Positions 27,982-42,183 are shown, counted from the first letter of the stretch. The stretch: 64,000 bases of DNA from Burkholderiaceae bacterium (GCA_036675585.1 JAKFES010000042.1:14635-78634); one strand, 5' to 3'. Notes: generated by a model from the letters alone, not told the origin. Translations and numbers: made by a program.

Positions 27982-28587
27982 GTGCGTCGAACGCTGTTTC
28001 TGCCCCGTATCGCGGCTGCGATCGCTTTCTTCGCCCTCGCCGGCTCCTGGTGCGTGTCGTCGGTCGCCGCGCCGGTGCGCCACGTCGTCGAGCCCAATCA
28101 CACCTTCGTGATGTTCGAAGTGCGGCACTTCGGCACGTCGACCGTGCGGGCGCGCTTCGACCGCGTCGACGGCGTGGTCGTCGTCGATTTCGCGGCGCGC
28201 CGGGGCGAGGCCGACATCCTGATCGACACCGGCTCGGTCAGCTCGGGCATTGCGGCCTTCGATGCGCATCTGCGCAACGCCGACTTCCTCGATGCTGCCC
28301 GGGTGCCGCAGGCGCGTTTTGCCGGAACCGATTTCCGCTTCGACGGCGAGCGCATCGTCTCGGTCTCCGGCCAGCTCACGCTGCTGGGCAACACGCATCC
28401 GGTTCGCCTCGACGCGACGAACTTCAACTGCTACGACTCGCCGATCGTAAAAGCGCGCGTCTGCGGCGGCGACTTCGAAACCACGATCGAGCGCAGCAAG
28501 TGGGAAATGACGTGGGGAATCGACAAGGGCATCCCCGATCGGGTCCGCCTGCTGATCCAGATCGAAGCGATCGCCCAGCCCGACTGA
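27982..28587 (+). CDS. YceI-family periplasmic protein
   Basis: Signal peptide; EPNHTFVMFEVRHFGTS, DAHLRNADFLD, GQLTLLG, VRLLIQIEA. GTG start inferred. Confidence 0.88.
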   Translation: MRRTLFLPRIAAAIAFFALAGSWCVSSVAAPVRHVVEPNHTFVMFEVRHFGTSTVRARFDRVDGVVVVDFAARRGEADILIDTGSVSSGIAAFDAHLRNADFLDAARVPQARFAGTDFRFDGERIVSVSGQLTLLGNTHPVRLDATNFNCYDSPIVKARVCGGDFETTIERSKWEMTWGIDKGIPDRVRLLIQIEAIAQPD

Positions 28588-28588
28588 G

Positions 28589-29044
28589 CTAGCGCAGCGG
28601 CGGACGCAGCGAACCGAGCCGTTGCGTCAGCGAACGGCGATCGAGCTTGCTCAGATCCTTGTCGAGCTCCTCGATCACCGACCCGGAGACATCGCTGCCG
28701 AGCGCCTTGCGCAGCAGTCCGAGGAAGCGCGGCGCGGCGGCGATCTTCAGCGCCTCGAACCGGTTCGCGCGGCGCGCTTCGCCGAGCCAGTGCGCGAGGC
28801 GGCGCGCGAACAGTTCGGCCTCGCGATGCTGCTCGTCCTCCCCGGCCGACGCCGTGGGATACGAGCCCGACAACGTGCCTGCGCCGGCGCGGCGCCCGTA
28901 GGCGTCGCGCCGCAGGTCGGCGCCTTCGGCGCGCGCCGCGGCATCGGTCAGTGTTTCGATCTCGACGAGATCGGCGTCGCGACCGGGTACTTCGAAGATT
29001 CGTGCGATTCCTTCGTCGGCGACGACGACCCAGGTAGTGCGCAT
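28589..29044 (-). CDS. Host attachment protein family (bacterial eRF1-like fold)
   Basis: TWVVVADEGIARIF, FARRLAHWL, KIAAAPRFLGLLRKAL, EELDKDLSKL. Confidence 0.8.
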   Translation of the reverse strand: MRTTWVVVADEGIARIFEVPGRDADLVEIETLTDAAARAEGADLRRDAYGRRAGAGTLSGSYPTASAGEDEQHREAELFARRLAHWLGEARRANRFEALKIAAAPRFLGLLRKALGSDVSGSVIEELDKDLSKLDRRSLTQRLGSLRPPLR

Positions 29045-29104
29045 GTGCAGTCCTCCTTCGCGGGCGGGCGCCGACACCGCATCCGGTGTGCGCGCGCGGA
29101 ACGG

Positions 29105-29350
29105 TCAGTGTTTCTTGCTTTCCTCGTCGAATCCCGGCGTCGGCGCGACCGTGCCCGGCGCGTCGGGATTGCACGGCGACTGCCATTCGCGCAGTTCCTG
29201 TGCGAGCACCGCACGGCCGTCCTGCTCGGCGCGGCGGATCAGTTCGAACACGTTGTCGTCGTTGACGCGTTCGTGGCCCAGTCCGCGCGTCAGGGCGCGG
29301 TAGATGTCCTCGATTTCCTGCGCCCGGGGCGCGGCATTGGGGTCGGGCAT
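29105..29350 (-). CDS. Small hypothetical protein (81 aa)
   Basis: AGGAG SD; EIEDIYRALTRGLGHERVNDDNVFELIRRAE; same strand as and upstream of the host attachment gene. Confidence 0.65.
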   Translation of the reverse strand: MPDPNAAPRAQEIEDIYRALTRGLGHERVNDDNVFELIRRAEQDGRAVLAQELREWQSPCNPDAPGTVAPTPGFDEESKKH

Positions 29351-29502
29351 TCAACGTCTCCTTGCTGCAATGCAGGGCGCCGCGCACGGCGCGGCGCCCT
29401 GGTTGCGGCATTCGGCGTACCCGGCGCTACGCTCCGCCTGCCGCGCGGCTGCGACGAGCACGGTCGCCGGGATTTACTGCAGTCGGCTCGGCGTGCCGGC
29501 CG

Positions 29503-29543
29503 CGAACGAAAAAAAACCCGCGCAAGGCGGGTTTCTTCGTTCG
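29503..29543 (-). terminator. Rho-independent terminator of the atp operon
   Basis: AAACCCGC-GCAAG-GCGGGTTT stem-loop with an A8 run at 29509-29516 (U8 on the minus strand), just downstream of the atpC stop. Confidence 0.85.
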
Positions 29544-29560
29544 AGACATTCGACTCGAAC

Positions 29561-29980
29561 CTATCGTTTGCTCCTGAACTTGCGCAATGCCGCGATCTGC
29601 GCGATCGCCTCGGCCAGCTCGGCCTGCGCTTTCGCGTAATCGATTGCCCCCTCGCGGTTCGACAGCGCCTCCTCGGCCGCGCGCTTGGCCTCCTCGGCTT
29701 TCGCCTCGTCGAGGTCCTTGCCGCGGATCGCGGTGTCGGCCAGCACGGTGACGCGGTTCGGCTGCACTTCGAGGATGCCGCCGGCGACGAAGACGAACTC
29801 CTCCTCGGCCTGCCCCGCGACCTTGATGCGCACCGCCCCCGGGCGGATGCGCGTGATCAGCGGCGTGTGCTGCGGGTAGATGCCGAGCTCGCCCGCCTCG
29901 CCCGGCAACGCGACGAACTCCGCCTTGCCTTCGAAAATCGAGCGCTCGGCGCTTACTACGTCTACGTGGATGGTGTGCAT
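29561..29980 (-). CDS. atpC: ATP synthase F1 epsilon subunit
   Basis: [49 protein letters not shown]. Confidence 0.97.
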   Translation of the reverse strand: MHTIHVDVVSAERSIFEGKAEFVALPGEAGELGIYPQHTPLITRIRPGAVRIKVAGQAEEEFVFVAGGILEVQPNRVTVLADTAIRGKDLDEAKAEEAKRAAEEALSNREGAIDYAKAQAELAEAIAQIAALRKFRSKR

Positions 29981-29990
29981 TTCGTACCGT

Positions 29991-30084
29991 GAAGGGTAAA
30001 GGGTGAAGGGTGAAGGTAGGGAAGCGAGGCGATCGGGGAAGCCGGCCCGGCCCCCTTCCCCCTTCTCCCTTCCCCCTTCCCTTC
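29991..30084. repeat. Purine/pyrimidine-biased GAAGGG/CCCTTC repeat in the atpD-atpC spacer
   Basis: + strand GAAGGG-like units at 29991-30021 and CCC(CC)TT units at 30051-30084; the two arms are mutually complementary. Confidence 0.75.
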
Positions 30085-32462
<2,378 letters not shown>

Positions 32463-32488
32463 GTCGCTTCCCGGTTGCCCTGGCCCGC

Positions 32489-34045
<1,557 letters not shown>

Positions 34046-34060
34046 GGGGTACCCCTTGGC

Positions 34061-34594
34061 TTAAAGCTTCATCGCGCTGGCCATCTGGGCCAGCTTGCCG
34101 CGCACCGAAGCGTCGATCACTTCGTCACCGATCTTCACCGCGACCCCGCCGATCAGGTTCGCATCGACCGTTACCGAGGCCTTGATCCGCTTGCCGTATT
34201 TTTCCGCAAGGGTCGAGACGATGTCGTCGATCTGCTGCTGCACGAGCGGGTACGCCGAGTGGATCTGCGCGTCGAGCACGCCTTCGTGCTCGTTGCGCAG
34301 CTGCTCGAACAGCGCCGCGATCTCGGACAGCACGCTCAGCCGCTCGTTGTCGGCGAGCACGCGAACGAAATTGTCCTGCTGCGCGCTCAACTGGCCGCTG
34401 GCGTCGGCGACGAGCCGGGCGACCTGCTCGTCGCTGAGCCGCGGGTTGCCGAGCAGCTCGCGCGCGCTGTCGGTCCCGATCACGGTCGCGAGCCGTTGCA
34501 GCGCATCGGACCACGACGGCAACGCGTTCGCGTCGCGGGCCAGCTGGAACGCGGCCTCGGCATAAGGCCGGGCAATCGTCAACGACTCGGCCAT
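34061..34594 (-). CDS. atpH: ATP synthase delta subunit
   Basis: TIARPYAEAAF, LIGGVAVKIGDEVIDASVRGKL. Confidence 0.97.
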   Translation of the reverse strand: MAESLTIARPYAEAAFQLARDANALPSWSDALQRLATVIGTDSARELLGNPRLSDEQVARLVADASGQLSAQQDNFVRVLADNERLSVLSEIAALFEQLRNEHEGVLDAQIHSAYPLVQQQIDDIVSTLAEKYGKRIKASVTVDANLIGGVAVKIGDEVIDASVRGKLAQMASAMKL

Positions 34595-34598
34595 GGCG

Positions 34599-35072
34599 CT
34601 AGCGCAGCTCGTTCTTCAGGTTGGACAGCAATTCGGCATGCCGGTTCGCGTCGATTTCCTTGCGCAGGATGCGCTCGGCACCGGCGACGGCGAGCAGGGC
34701 GACCTGGTCGCGCAGCTGCTCGCGGGCACGCTGCGCGGCGAGCACCGCTTCGTCCTCGGCGGCCTTGCGCGCCGCGGCGACGATCGCCGCCGCTTCGCTG
34801 CGCGCGGACTCGACGATTCCGGCGGCCTGGCGCTCGGCAACCGAGCGGACCTCGGAGGCTCCGGCACGCGCCTGCTGCAGTTCCTGCTCGGCACGGCGCT
34901 CGGCCGCGGCGAGATCGGCCTTCGCCTTGTCGGCGGCAGCCAGCCCGTCGGCGATCTTCTGCGAACGCGCATCGAGCGCACGGGTGATCGGCGGCCAGAC
35001 GAAACGGGCCGTGAACCACCATAGCGCCAGGAAAACGATGATCTGGACGATGAGCGTCGCGTTCAGGTTCAC
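34599..35072 (-). CDS. atpF: ATP synthase F0 b subunit
   Basis: [10 protein letters not shown]-terminal [24 protein letters not shown]. Confidence 0.96.
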   Translation of the reverse strand: MNLNATLIVQIIVFLALWWFTARFVWPPITRALDARSQKIADGLAAADKAKADLAAAERRAEQELQQARAGASEVRSVAERQAAGIVESARSEAAAIVAAARKAAEDEAVLAAQRAREQLRDQVALLAVAGAERILRKEIDANRHAELLSNLKNELR

Positions 35073-35112
35073 GACGTACTCCCTCGAAACTGGATGGACG
35101 GAAAAGTCGTGC

Positions 35113-36280
<1,168 letters not shown>

Positions 36281-36715
36281 TCACAACGACTTGCCCTTCG
36301 ACAAGGGATTTCGCTCGAACGCCATCGCGAACAGCGGAGCCTGCAACGCCACGATCAGCCCGAGCAGCAGCGCCAGCCACCGGATGTTCGCCTGCGTCTT
36401 CACGATCCAGAACAACAGACCGACCGTGAGTCCGATCTTGACGAACTGCCAGAGGAAGAACACGACCGGATACGACTCCGGCGAGCGTTTCCTGTGCAGC
36501 GTCAATCGCAGCGCGAACAACGCATTCGGGATGACCGCCGCGGCCCCGCCCAGCATGACGAACCGGGCGCTTTCCCAGCCTGCCCAGACCCCGGCCAACG
36601 ACGCCAGGACTGCGACAGCAGCGATCTGCAGTCCAACGGCAGCCAACATGATGCTAAGAATCGGCGGTGGCCGTTGGCCCGCATGGGCAAAGACGCGAGA
36701 TTCTAGCGTTTGCAC
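36281..36715 (-). CDS. atpI: ATP synthase protein I
   Basis: Four-TM protein at the head of the atp operon with GGAAAVIPNALFALRL; true start may be ATG 36649. Confidence 0.8.
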   Translation of the reverse strand: MQTLESRVFAHAGQRPPPILSIMLAAVGLQIAAVAVLASLAGVWAGWESARFVMLGGAAAVIPNALFALRLTLHRKRSPESYPVVFFLWQFVKIGLTVGLLFWIVKTQANIRWLALLLGLIVALQAPLFAMAFERNPLSKGKSL

Positions 36716-36811
36716 TGGAGAGGGTCAAACCGCCTGCGGGCGCCGACGAAGACCGGCGAAGGCGCGCGTGCGAATGCCTGCGCGGGGCGTGCGAGGGCGC
36801 AGCAAACGGGC

Positions 36812-37714
36812 TCAGTCGGTCTCGATGCCGAGCCGCTCGAGAACGCCCTGGAACTGCTCGTGGCTCGAGAACGCGATGGTGAGCTTTCCCCGTCCCTTCG
36901 CCGTCGCGCGCAGCGTGACCGGCGTGGCGAGCGCATCGGCGATCCGGTCCTGCAGGCGCTGCAGATCGCGGTCGGGTGCCGCGCGCCGGCGCGCCGATTC
37001 ATCGTGCGCTGCCGCGGCCTCGGCGAGCGTCTTCTGCACGAGCTGCTCGGTTTCGCGCACCGACAGGCGCTTGTCGACGACGCGATGCGCGAGCAGGATC
37101 TGATCGGCGGGGTCGAGCGCGAGCAGCGCGCGCGCATGGCCCATGTCGATGTCTCCGGCCAGCAGCATCGTCTGCACCGGCTCGGCGAGGTGGAGCAGCC
37201 GCAGCAGGTTCGACGTCGCGCTGCGCGAGCGGCCCAGCGCCTCGGCCGCCTGTTCGTGCGAATAGCCGAACTCGGTGGTCAAGCGCCGGATCGCCTGCGC
37301 CTGCTCGAGCGGGTTGAGGTCTTCGCGCTGCAGGTTCTCGATCAGCGCCATCGCGAGCGCCTGCGCGTCGGAGACCTCGCGCACGACCACCGGCACTTCG
37401 GACAGGCCCGCGATGCGGGCCGCGCGGAATCGGCGCTCGCCCGCGATGATCTCCCAGCGCACCCCGTCGATCGGACGCACGACGATCGGCTGCATCAGGC
37501 CGTGCCCGCGGATCGAGGCGGCGAGTTCCTGCAGCGACGATTCGTCCATCCGCGTGCGCGGCTGGTAGCGGCCCGGCTGCATCGCATCGAGCGGCAGCGA
37601 ACGGATCGGCTCGTCGCCGCGCGACGCCGGCGCGGCGGACGGTTCGTCGCCGCCGAGCAACGCATCGAGCCCGCGCCCGAGTCCCTTGGCGCGCAGTTTG
37701 GTGATCTTGCTCAT
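36812..37714 (-). CDS. parB: Chromosome partitioning protein ParB
   Basis: KGLGRGLDALL, YQPR, GLMQPIVVR, IIAGERRFRAA, IENLQREDLNPLE. Confidence 0.97.
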   Translation of the reverse strand: MSKITKLRAKGLGRGLDALLGGDEPSAAPASRGDEPIRSLPLDAMQPGRYQPRTRMDESSLQELAASIRGHGLMQPIVVRPIDGVRWEIIAGERRFRAARIAGLSEVPVVVREVSDAQALAMALIENLQREDLNPLEQAQAIRRLTTEFGYSHEQAAEALGRSRSATSNLLRLLHLAEPVQTMLLAGDIDMGHARALLALDPADQILLAHRVVDKRLSVRETEQLVQKTLAEAAAAHDESARRRAAPDRDLQRLQDRIADALATPVTLRATAKGRGKLTIAFSSHEQFQGVLERLGIETD

Positions 37715-38733
37715 CGGGAAGTCTCCGGCGAGTCGTGAGCGGACGAGTTCGAGGGGGAGGGCAATTCGGCGTCGTGCGCATTGGTCGATCGCGCGACCTG
37801 CGCGACGCCGGTTGCCGGCGGCGGTGCCGAATCGGCCCGGGGGGGTGCCGCGGCGCGCGTGCGCTGCGACCAGTCGCGCACGCGTTCGACGAGCTCGCGG
37901 CCGAACTCCAGGTACGCGCGCGAGCCTTTCGAATGCGGATCGAAGACGAGCCCCGGCAGCCCGTAGCTCGGCGCTTCGGCCAGACGGACGTTGCGCGGAA
38001 TGATCGTGCGGAACACCTTGTCGCCGAAATGCTGCTCGAGTTGCGCCGAGACCTGCTGGGTGAGCGTCACGCGCGGATCGAACATCACGCGCAGCAGCCC
38101 GATGACCTGCAGATCCGGATTGAAGTTGGCGTGCACTTTCTTGATCGTGTTGACCAGGTCGGACAAGCCCTCGAGCGCGAAGTACTCGCATTGCATCGGG
38201 ATGACGACGCCGTGCGCGGCGCAGAACCCGTTGAGCGTGAGCAGCGACAGCGACGGCGGGCAATCGATCAGCACGAAGTCGTACTGGTCGATCACCGCCT
38301 CGAGCGCGTCCTTGAGCCGGGATTCCCGCGCGTCGAAATCGACCAGATCGAGCTCGGCACCCGCCAGATCACGGTTCGACGGGAGCACCGCATAGCCGCC
38401 GCCCTCGGACCACTGCGTCGCTTCGACGACGTCGCACAGCCCGATCAGCACCTGGTAGACCGAGCGCTTGAGCGAGCGCTTTTCGATGCCGCTGCCCATT
38501 GTCGCGTTGCCCTGCGGGTCGAGATCGACGAGCAGCGTGCGCTGGCCATGGCGGCCGAGCGCCGCGGCGAGGTTCACCGAGGTGGTCGTCTTGCCGACGC
38601 CTCCCTTCTGGTTTGCAACGACGAAGATCTTCGGAGGTCGATGTGGGCGCCCGCTCTCGCCACTTTGTGTACGGGCGCTCGCTGTTGCTTCCGTCGTCGG
38701 GGCTGGTTGTTCGGCGGGCGCCTCGTCGGTCAT
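37711..38733 (-). CDS. parA: Chromosome partitioning ATPase ParA (Soj)
   Basis: VANQKGGVGKTTT, DLDPQGNAT, IDCPPSL, PMQCEYFALEG, IPRNVRLAEAPS; has N- and C-terminal extensions. Confidence 0.96.
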   Translation of the reverse strand: MTDEAPAEQPAPTTEATASARTQSGESGRPHRPPKIFVVANQKGGVGKTTTSVNLAAALGRHGQRTLLVDLDPQGNATMGSGIEKRSLKRSVYQVLIGLCDVVEATQWSEGGGYAVLPSNRDLAGAELDLVDFDARESRLKDALEAVIDQYDFVLIDCPPSLSLLTLNGFCAAHGVVIPMQCEYFALEGLSDLVNTIKKVHANFNPDLQVIGLLRVMFDPRVTLTQQVSAQLEQHFGDKVFRTIIPRNVRLAEAPSYGLPGLVFDPHSKGSRAYLEFGRELVERVRDWSQRTRAAAPPRADSAPPPATGVAQVARSTNAHDAELPSPSNSSAHDSPETSR

Positions 38734-39479
38734 CGACCCTCTCCTTCGGCGTTCGCCGCTGGTTTCGTTTGCGTCGCGTCGTGCTCGTGCTGCAACAGGA
38801 CCAGCGTTCGCCGCGCATCGAGCTCGGGCACTTCGACCGGGAGTACCGCCTCGATGCTCCAGCCCTGGTCGAGGCCCGAGGCTTCCTCGTCGCGGACGGC
38901 CGCTTTCATGGCGGCGACGACGGTATGCGCTTGCACGAGAGGGGCGATCGCCCGAGCGTAATCGCCGAGCGACGCGAAGGCGCGGCAGACGATCGCATCG
39001 GGCCCTTCGCCCGCTGCCGGAAGCGGCAGCGCCTCGACCCGCTGTTGGCAAACTTCCACATTGGTAAGCGCCAACTCCGCTGCAACCTGTCGCAGGAATG
39101 CCGCCTTCTTGCCGACCGGCTCGACCAGCAGAAAATCGACGTCGGGCCACAGCACGGCCAGGACGACGCCAGGCAGCCCGCCTCCGCTTCCGACGTCGAC
39201 CACGCGGGGACGTCGTCGGCGCGGGTGTGCTCCGGCCTTGGCTTCGAGCCTGGCGCGCAGCACGGGTGCGATCGCGGCACTATCGAACACATGCTGGACG
39301 AGCATCGCATCGGGGTCGCGTACCGCGGTGAGGTTGTACGCACGGTTCCACCGGGCGAGCAACGCGACGAAGTCGACGAGCTTGTCGGTGAGCGCTCGCT
39401 GCTCGGCTTCGTCCGACGGCAGAACAGCCAGCGTAGCCAGCGCGGCGCGTACGCGCAGGGCCGCTGCCTCACGCTGCAC
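38730..39479 (-). CDS. rsmG: 16S rRNA m7G527 methyltransferase (GidB)
   Basis: [35 protein letters not shown]. Confidence 0.95.
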   Translation of the reverse strand: MQREAAALRVRAALATLAVLPSDEAEQRALTDKLVDFVALLARWNRAYNLTAVRDPDAMLVQHVFDSAAIAPVLRARLEAKAGAHPRRRRPRVVDVGSGGGLPGVVLAVLWPDVDFLLVEPVGKKAAFLRQVAAELALTNVEVCQQRVEALPLPAAGEGPDAIVCRAFASLGDYARAIAPLVQAHTVVAAMKAAVRDEEASGLDQGWSIEAVLPVEVPELDARRTLVLLQHEHDATQTKPAANAEGEGR

Positions 39480-41388
39480 GCCGACCGCCGCCTCCCGTCG
39501 GGCTGCGCTCGTCGTGGCGCTTCTTCAGATGCACGAGCAGCAGCGAGATCGCGGCCGGCGTGACGCCGGAGATCCGCGCCGCCTGGCCGACGGTTTCCGG
39601 ACGCTGCTGCGTCAGTCGCTGGCGCACTTCGATCGAAAGCCCGCGCACCGACGCATAGTCGAAGTCCGCCGGGATGGCGAACTGCTCGTTGCGCTCGTTG
39701 CGTGCGATCTCGACCTGCTGGCGCGCGATGTATCCGGCGTACTTCAGTTGGATCGCGACCTGGTCGGCGACCTGCGGATCGGCGGGCGCCGCGCCGCCGA
39801 AGGCCGCGAGCGTCTCGTAATCGACGTCGGGCCGGCGCAGCAGATCGGCCAGCGAAACGTCGCGCTCGAGCGGATGCCCGAGCAATTCGGTGGCGCGCTC
39901 CGGCGAGAGCGTCGCGGGGTGAACCCGGTGCGCACGAAGCCGCTGCAGTTCGCGTTCGATGGCCTCGCGCTTTCGTTCGAACGCCGCCCAGCGCGCGTCG
40001 TCGACGCAGCCGAGTTCGCGCCCGATCGGCGTCAGACGCAGGTCGGCATTGTCCTCGCGCAGGCTCAATCGGTATTCGGCGCGGCTCGTGAACATCCGGT
40101 ACGGCTCGGAGACGCCGCGCGTGATCAGGTCATCGACGAGCACGCCGAGATAGGCCTCGTCGCGGCGCGGGCACCAGGCGTCGCGCCCCTGGACCTGCAG
40201 CGCCGCGTTCAGGCCGGCGAGCAGCCCTTGCGCCGCGGCCTCTTCGTATCCCGTCGTCCCGTTGATCTGGCCGGCGAAGAACAGACCGCCGATCGCGCGT
40301 GTTTCCAGCGAGCGCCTGAGCGCCCGCGGATCGAAATAGTCGTACTCGATCGCGTAGCCGGGCCGAAGCAGATGCGCCCGCTCGAGCCCCGCAATCGAGC
40401 GCACGAGATCGATCTGCACGTCGAAGGGCAGGCTCGTCGACACGCCATTCGGATAGAACTCGTTCGTCGTCAGCCCCTCGGGCTCGAGGAAGATCTGATG
40501 CGAATCCTTGCCGGCGAAGCGCTGGATCTTGTCCTCGATCGACGGGCAGTAGCGTGGACCGATGCCGTCGATGACGCCCGTATACAGCGGACTGCGATCG
40601 AGGCCGCCGCGAATGATCTCGTGCGTGCGCGCGTTGGTATGCGTGACCCAGCAGGGAACCTGACGCGGATGCGCCTCGGCGCGGCCGAGAAACGAGAAAA
40701 CGGGCACCGGATCGAGGTCGCCCGGCTGTTCCTCGCAGCGGGCGAAATCGATCGTGCGCCCGTCGATCCGCGGCGGAGTACCCGTTTTCAGCCGACCCTG
40801 CGGCAGATTCAATTCCTTCAGCCGCTGCGCGAGCGAAACCGACGGCGGATCGCCTGCACGGCCGGCCGAATAATGGGAGAGCCCGACGTGCACCAGACCG
40901 TTCAGGAACGTTCCCGCGGTCAGCACGACTGCCTTCCCGCGGAATCGAACACCGAGCTGGGTGACTGCGCCGGCGACGCGATCGCCTTCGAGGATCAGAT
41001 CGTCGACCGCCTGCTGGAACAGCCACAGGTTCGGCTGGCGTTCCAGCCGCGTACGAATGGCCTGGCGATAGAGCACGCGATCGGCCTGCGCACGCGTCGC
41101 GCGTACCGCCGGCCCTTTGCTCGCGTTCAGGATACGGAACTGGATACCGGCCTCGTCGGTCGCCGCCGCCATCGCGCCACCCAGTGCGTCGACCTCCTTC
41201 ACCAGATGCCCCTTGCCGATCCCGCCGATCGACGGGTTGCACGACATCTGCCCGAGCGTCTCGATGCTGTGCGTCAGCAACAGCGTCCGGGCGCCCGTCC
41301 GGGCGGCCGCCAGCGCGGCTTCCGTGCCCGCATGCCCGCCGCCGACGACGATCACGTCGAAATGCTGCGGGTAGTCGATGGAATGCAT
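39469..41388 (-). CDS. mnmG: tRNA uridine-5-carboxymethylaminomethyl modification enzyme (GidA)
   Basis: [53 protein letters not shown]. Start at ATG 41388. Confidence 0.98.
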   Translation of the reverse strand: MHSIDYPQHFDVIVVGGGHAGTEAALAAARTGARTLLLTHSIETLGQMSCNPSIGGIGKGHLVKEVDALGGAMAAATDEAGIQFRILNASKGPAVRATRAQADRVLYRQAIRTRLERQPNLWLFQQAVDDLILEGDRVAGAVTQLGVRFRGKAVVLTAGTFLNGLVHVGLSHYSAGRAGDPPSVSLAQRLKELNLPQGRLKTGTPPRIDGRTIDFARCEEQPGDLDPVPVFSFLGRAEAHPRQVPCWVTHTNARTHEIIRGGLDRSPLYTGVIDGIGPRYCPSIEDKIQRFAGKDSHQIFLEPEGLTTNEFYPNGVSTSLPFDVQIDLVRSIAGLERAHLLRPGYAIEYDYFDPRALRRSLETRAIGGLFFAGQINGTTGYEEAAAQGLLAGLNAALQVQGRDAWCPRRDEAYLGVLVDDLITRGVSEPYRMFTSRAEYRLSLREDNADLRLTPIGRELGCVDDARWAAFERKREAIERELQRLRAHRVHPATLSPERATELLGHPLERDVSLADLLRRPDVDYETLAAFGGAAPADPQVADQVAIQLKYAGYIARQQVEIARNERNEQFAIPADFDYASVRGLSIEVRQRLTQQRPETVGQAARISGVTPAAISLLLVHLKKRHDERSPTGGGGRRAA

Positions 41389-41542
41389 CGGGTTCGGGAC
41401 CTTCGGAAGAAGCCAAGCCGCGGGAGCGCTCGCCGCGATCGACCCGAGGCGCGCTGCTGCCGTGAAGCGGAGCGGAATTCGAGGGCGAATTATAAGCCGC
41501 CCCGCGCTCTGCGATCGGGAGAGCGACGGACTAAGACCGGTA

Positions 41543-41558
41543 CGTTCCACGTGAAACG
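41543..41558. other. parS centromere-like site 1
   Basis: CGTTCCACGTGAAACG, close to the parS consensus TGTTTCACGTGAAACA. Confidence 0.88.
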
Positions 41559-41582
41559 CTTCGATCGCCCCGTCCTGGGTCT

Positions 41583-41598
41583 CGTTTCACGTGGAACA
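41583..41598. other. parS site 2
   Basis: CGTTTCACGTGGAACA. Confidence 0.88.
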
Positions 41599-41716
41599 GG
41601 CCCGCTCGAAACGCCCAGCCCTTCCCCGACCGAACGACCCCGTCGGTCGGCGCCGATTGCGCCGGCCCACCGCCCCCCGCGCCACGTCGCTATCGTCCTA
41701 TGCGAGAAGCCCACGG

Positions 41717-41732
41717 CGTTCCACGTGAAACG
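41717..41732. other. parS site 3
   Basis: CGTTCCACGTGAAACG. Confidence 0.88.
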
Positions 41733-41832
41733 CTGGGTAAATCGAGAATCCGGCACGCGGGCGCAGCGACGTTCGCGCCGCGCGGTGCTCGCGCGGAAAA
41801 CAACGGCCGTCCGCCTTTTCCCAACCACCACC

Positions 41833-41882
41833 GTCGCAGACCCAAGGCACTGCGACCCTCGGCCTTGGAGACAAAAACCGAG
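41833..41882. ncRNA. Candidate structured RNA: two hairpins with complementary loops
   Basis: Stem GTCGCAG/CTGCGAC with loop containing CCAAGG; stem CTCGG/CCGAG with loop containing CCTTGG. No family assigned. Confidence 0.35.
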
Positions 41883-41931
41883 CCGCAGTACAGAATATCC
41901 CGCTACATACGATGCCCACCACGGAGCGGCC

Positions 41932-42132
41932 ATGAAAATCAACGTCGGCAACCTGGATCGCTGGATCCGAATCGCAGCCGGGCTCGTTCTGATCGCACTG
42001 GCCGTTTCCGGCACGATCGGGGTCTGGGGCTGGATCGGCGTCGTGCCGCTCGCGACCGGATTGTTCCGCACCTGCCCCGTGTACGCAGTGCTCGGGATGA
42101 GCACCTGTCCGCTCGAAAGACCGCGGGGTTGA
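41932..42132 (+). CDS. DUF2892 (YgaP-like) small membrane protein
   Basis: MKINVGNLDRWIRIAAG...LATGLFRTCPVYAVLGMSTC; GGAG SD. Confidence 0.9.
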   Translation: MKINVGNLDRWIRIAAGLVLIALAVSGTIGVWGWIGVVPLATGLFRTCPVYAVLGMSTCPLERPRG

Positions 42133-42183
42133 GTTCGGCGCTGGGTTGAGTCCGGCGCGGGGTTGAGTCTGGCGCGGGGCTTG
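42123..42183. repeat. Imperfect 17-bp tandem repeat (~3.5 copies)
   Basis: GCGGGGTTGAGTTCGGC / GCTGGGTTGAGTCCGGC / GCGGGGTTGAGTCTGGC / GCGGGGCTTG. Confidence 0.8.

Noticed and set aside
41833-41882. HDV-like or other self-cleaving ribozyme
   Set aside because: No room for the P3/L3 and P4 elements between the paired segments; no hammerhead, twister or pistol core recognised.
41389-41931. oriC upstream of mnmG as in E. coli
   Set aside because: No DnaA boxes or AT-rich unwinding element seen by eye; only parS sites. Whole-genome skew is needed to exclude it fully.
42123-42183. 17-bp repeats as a CRISPR or plasmid iteron origin
   Set aside because: Head-to-tail with no spacers, too short for CRISPR, and no rep gene nearby.
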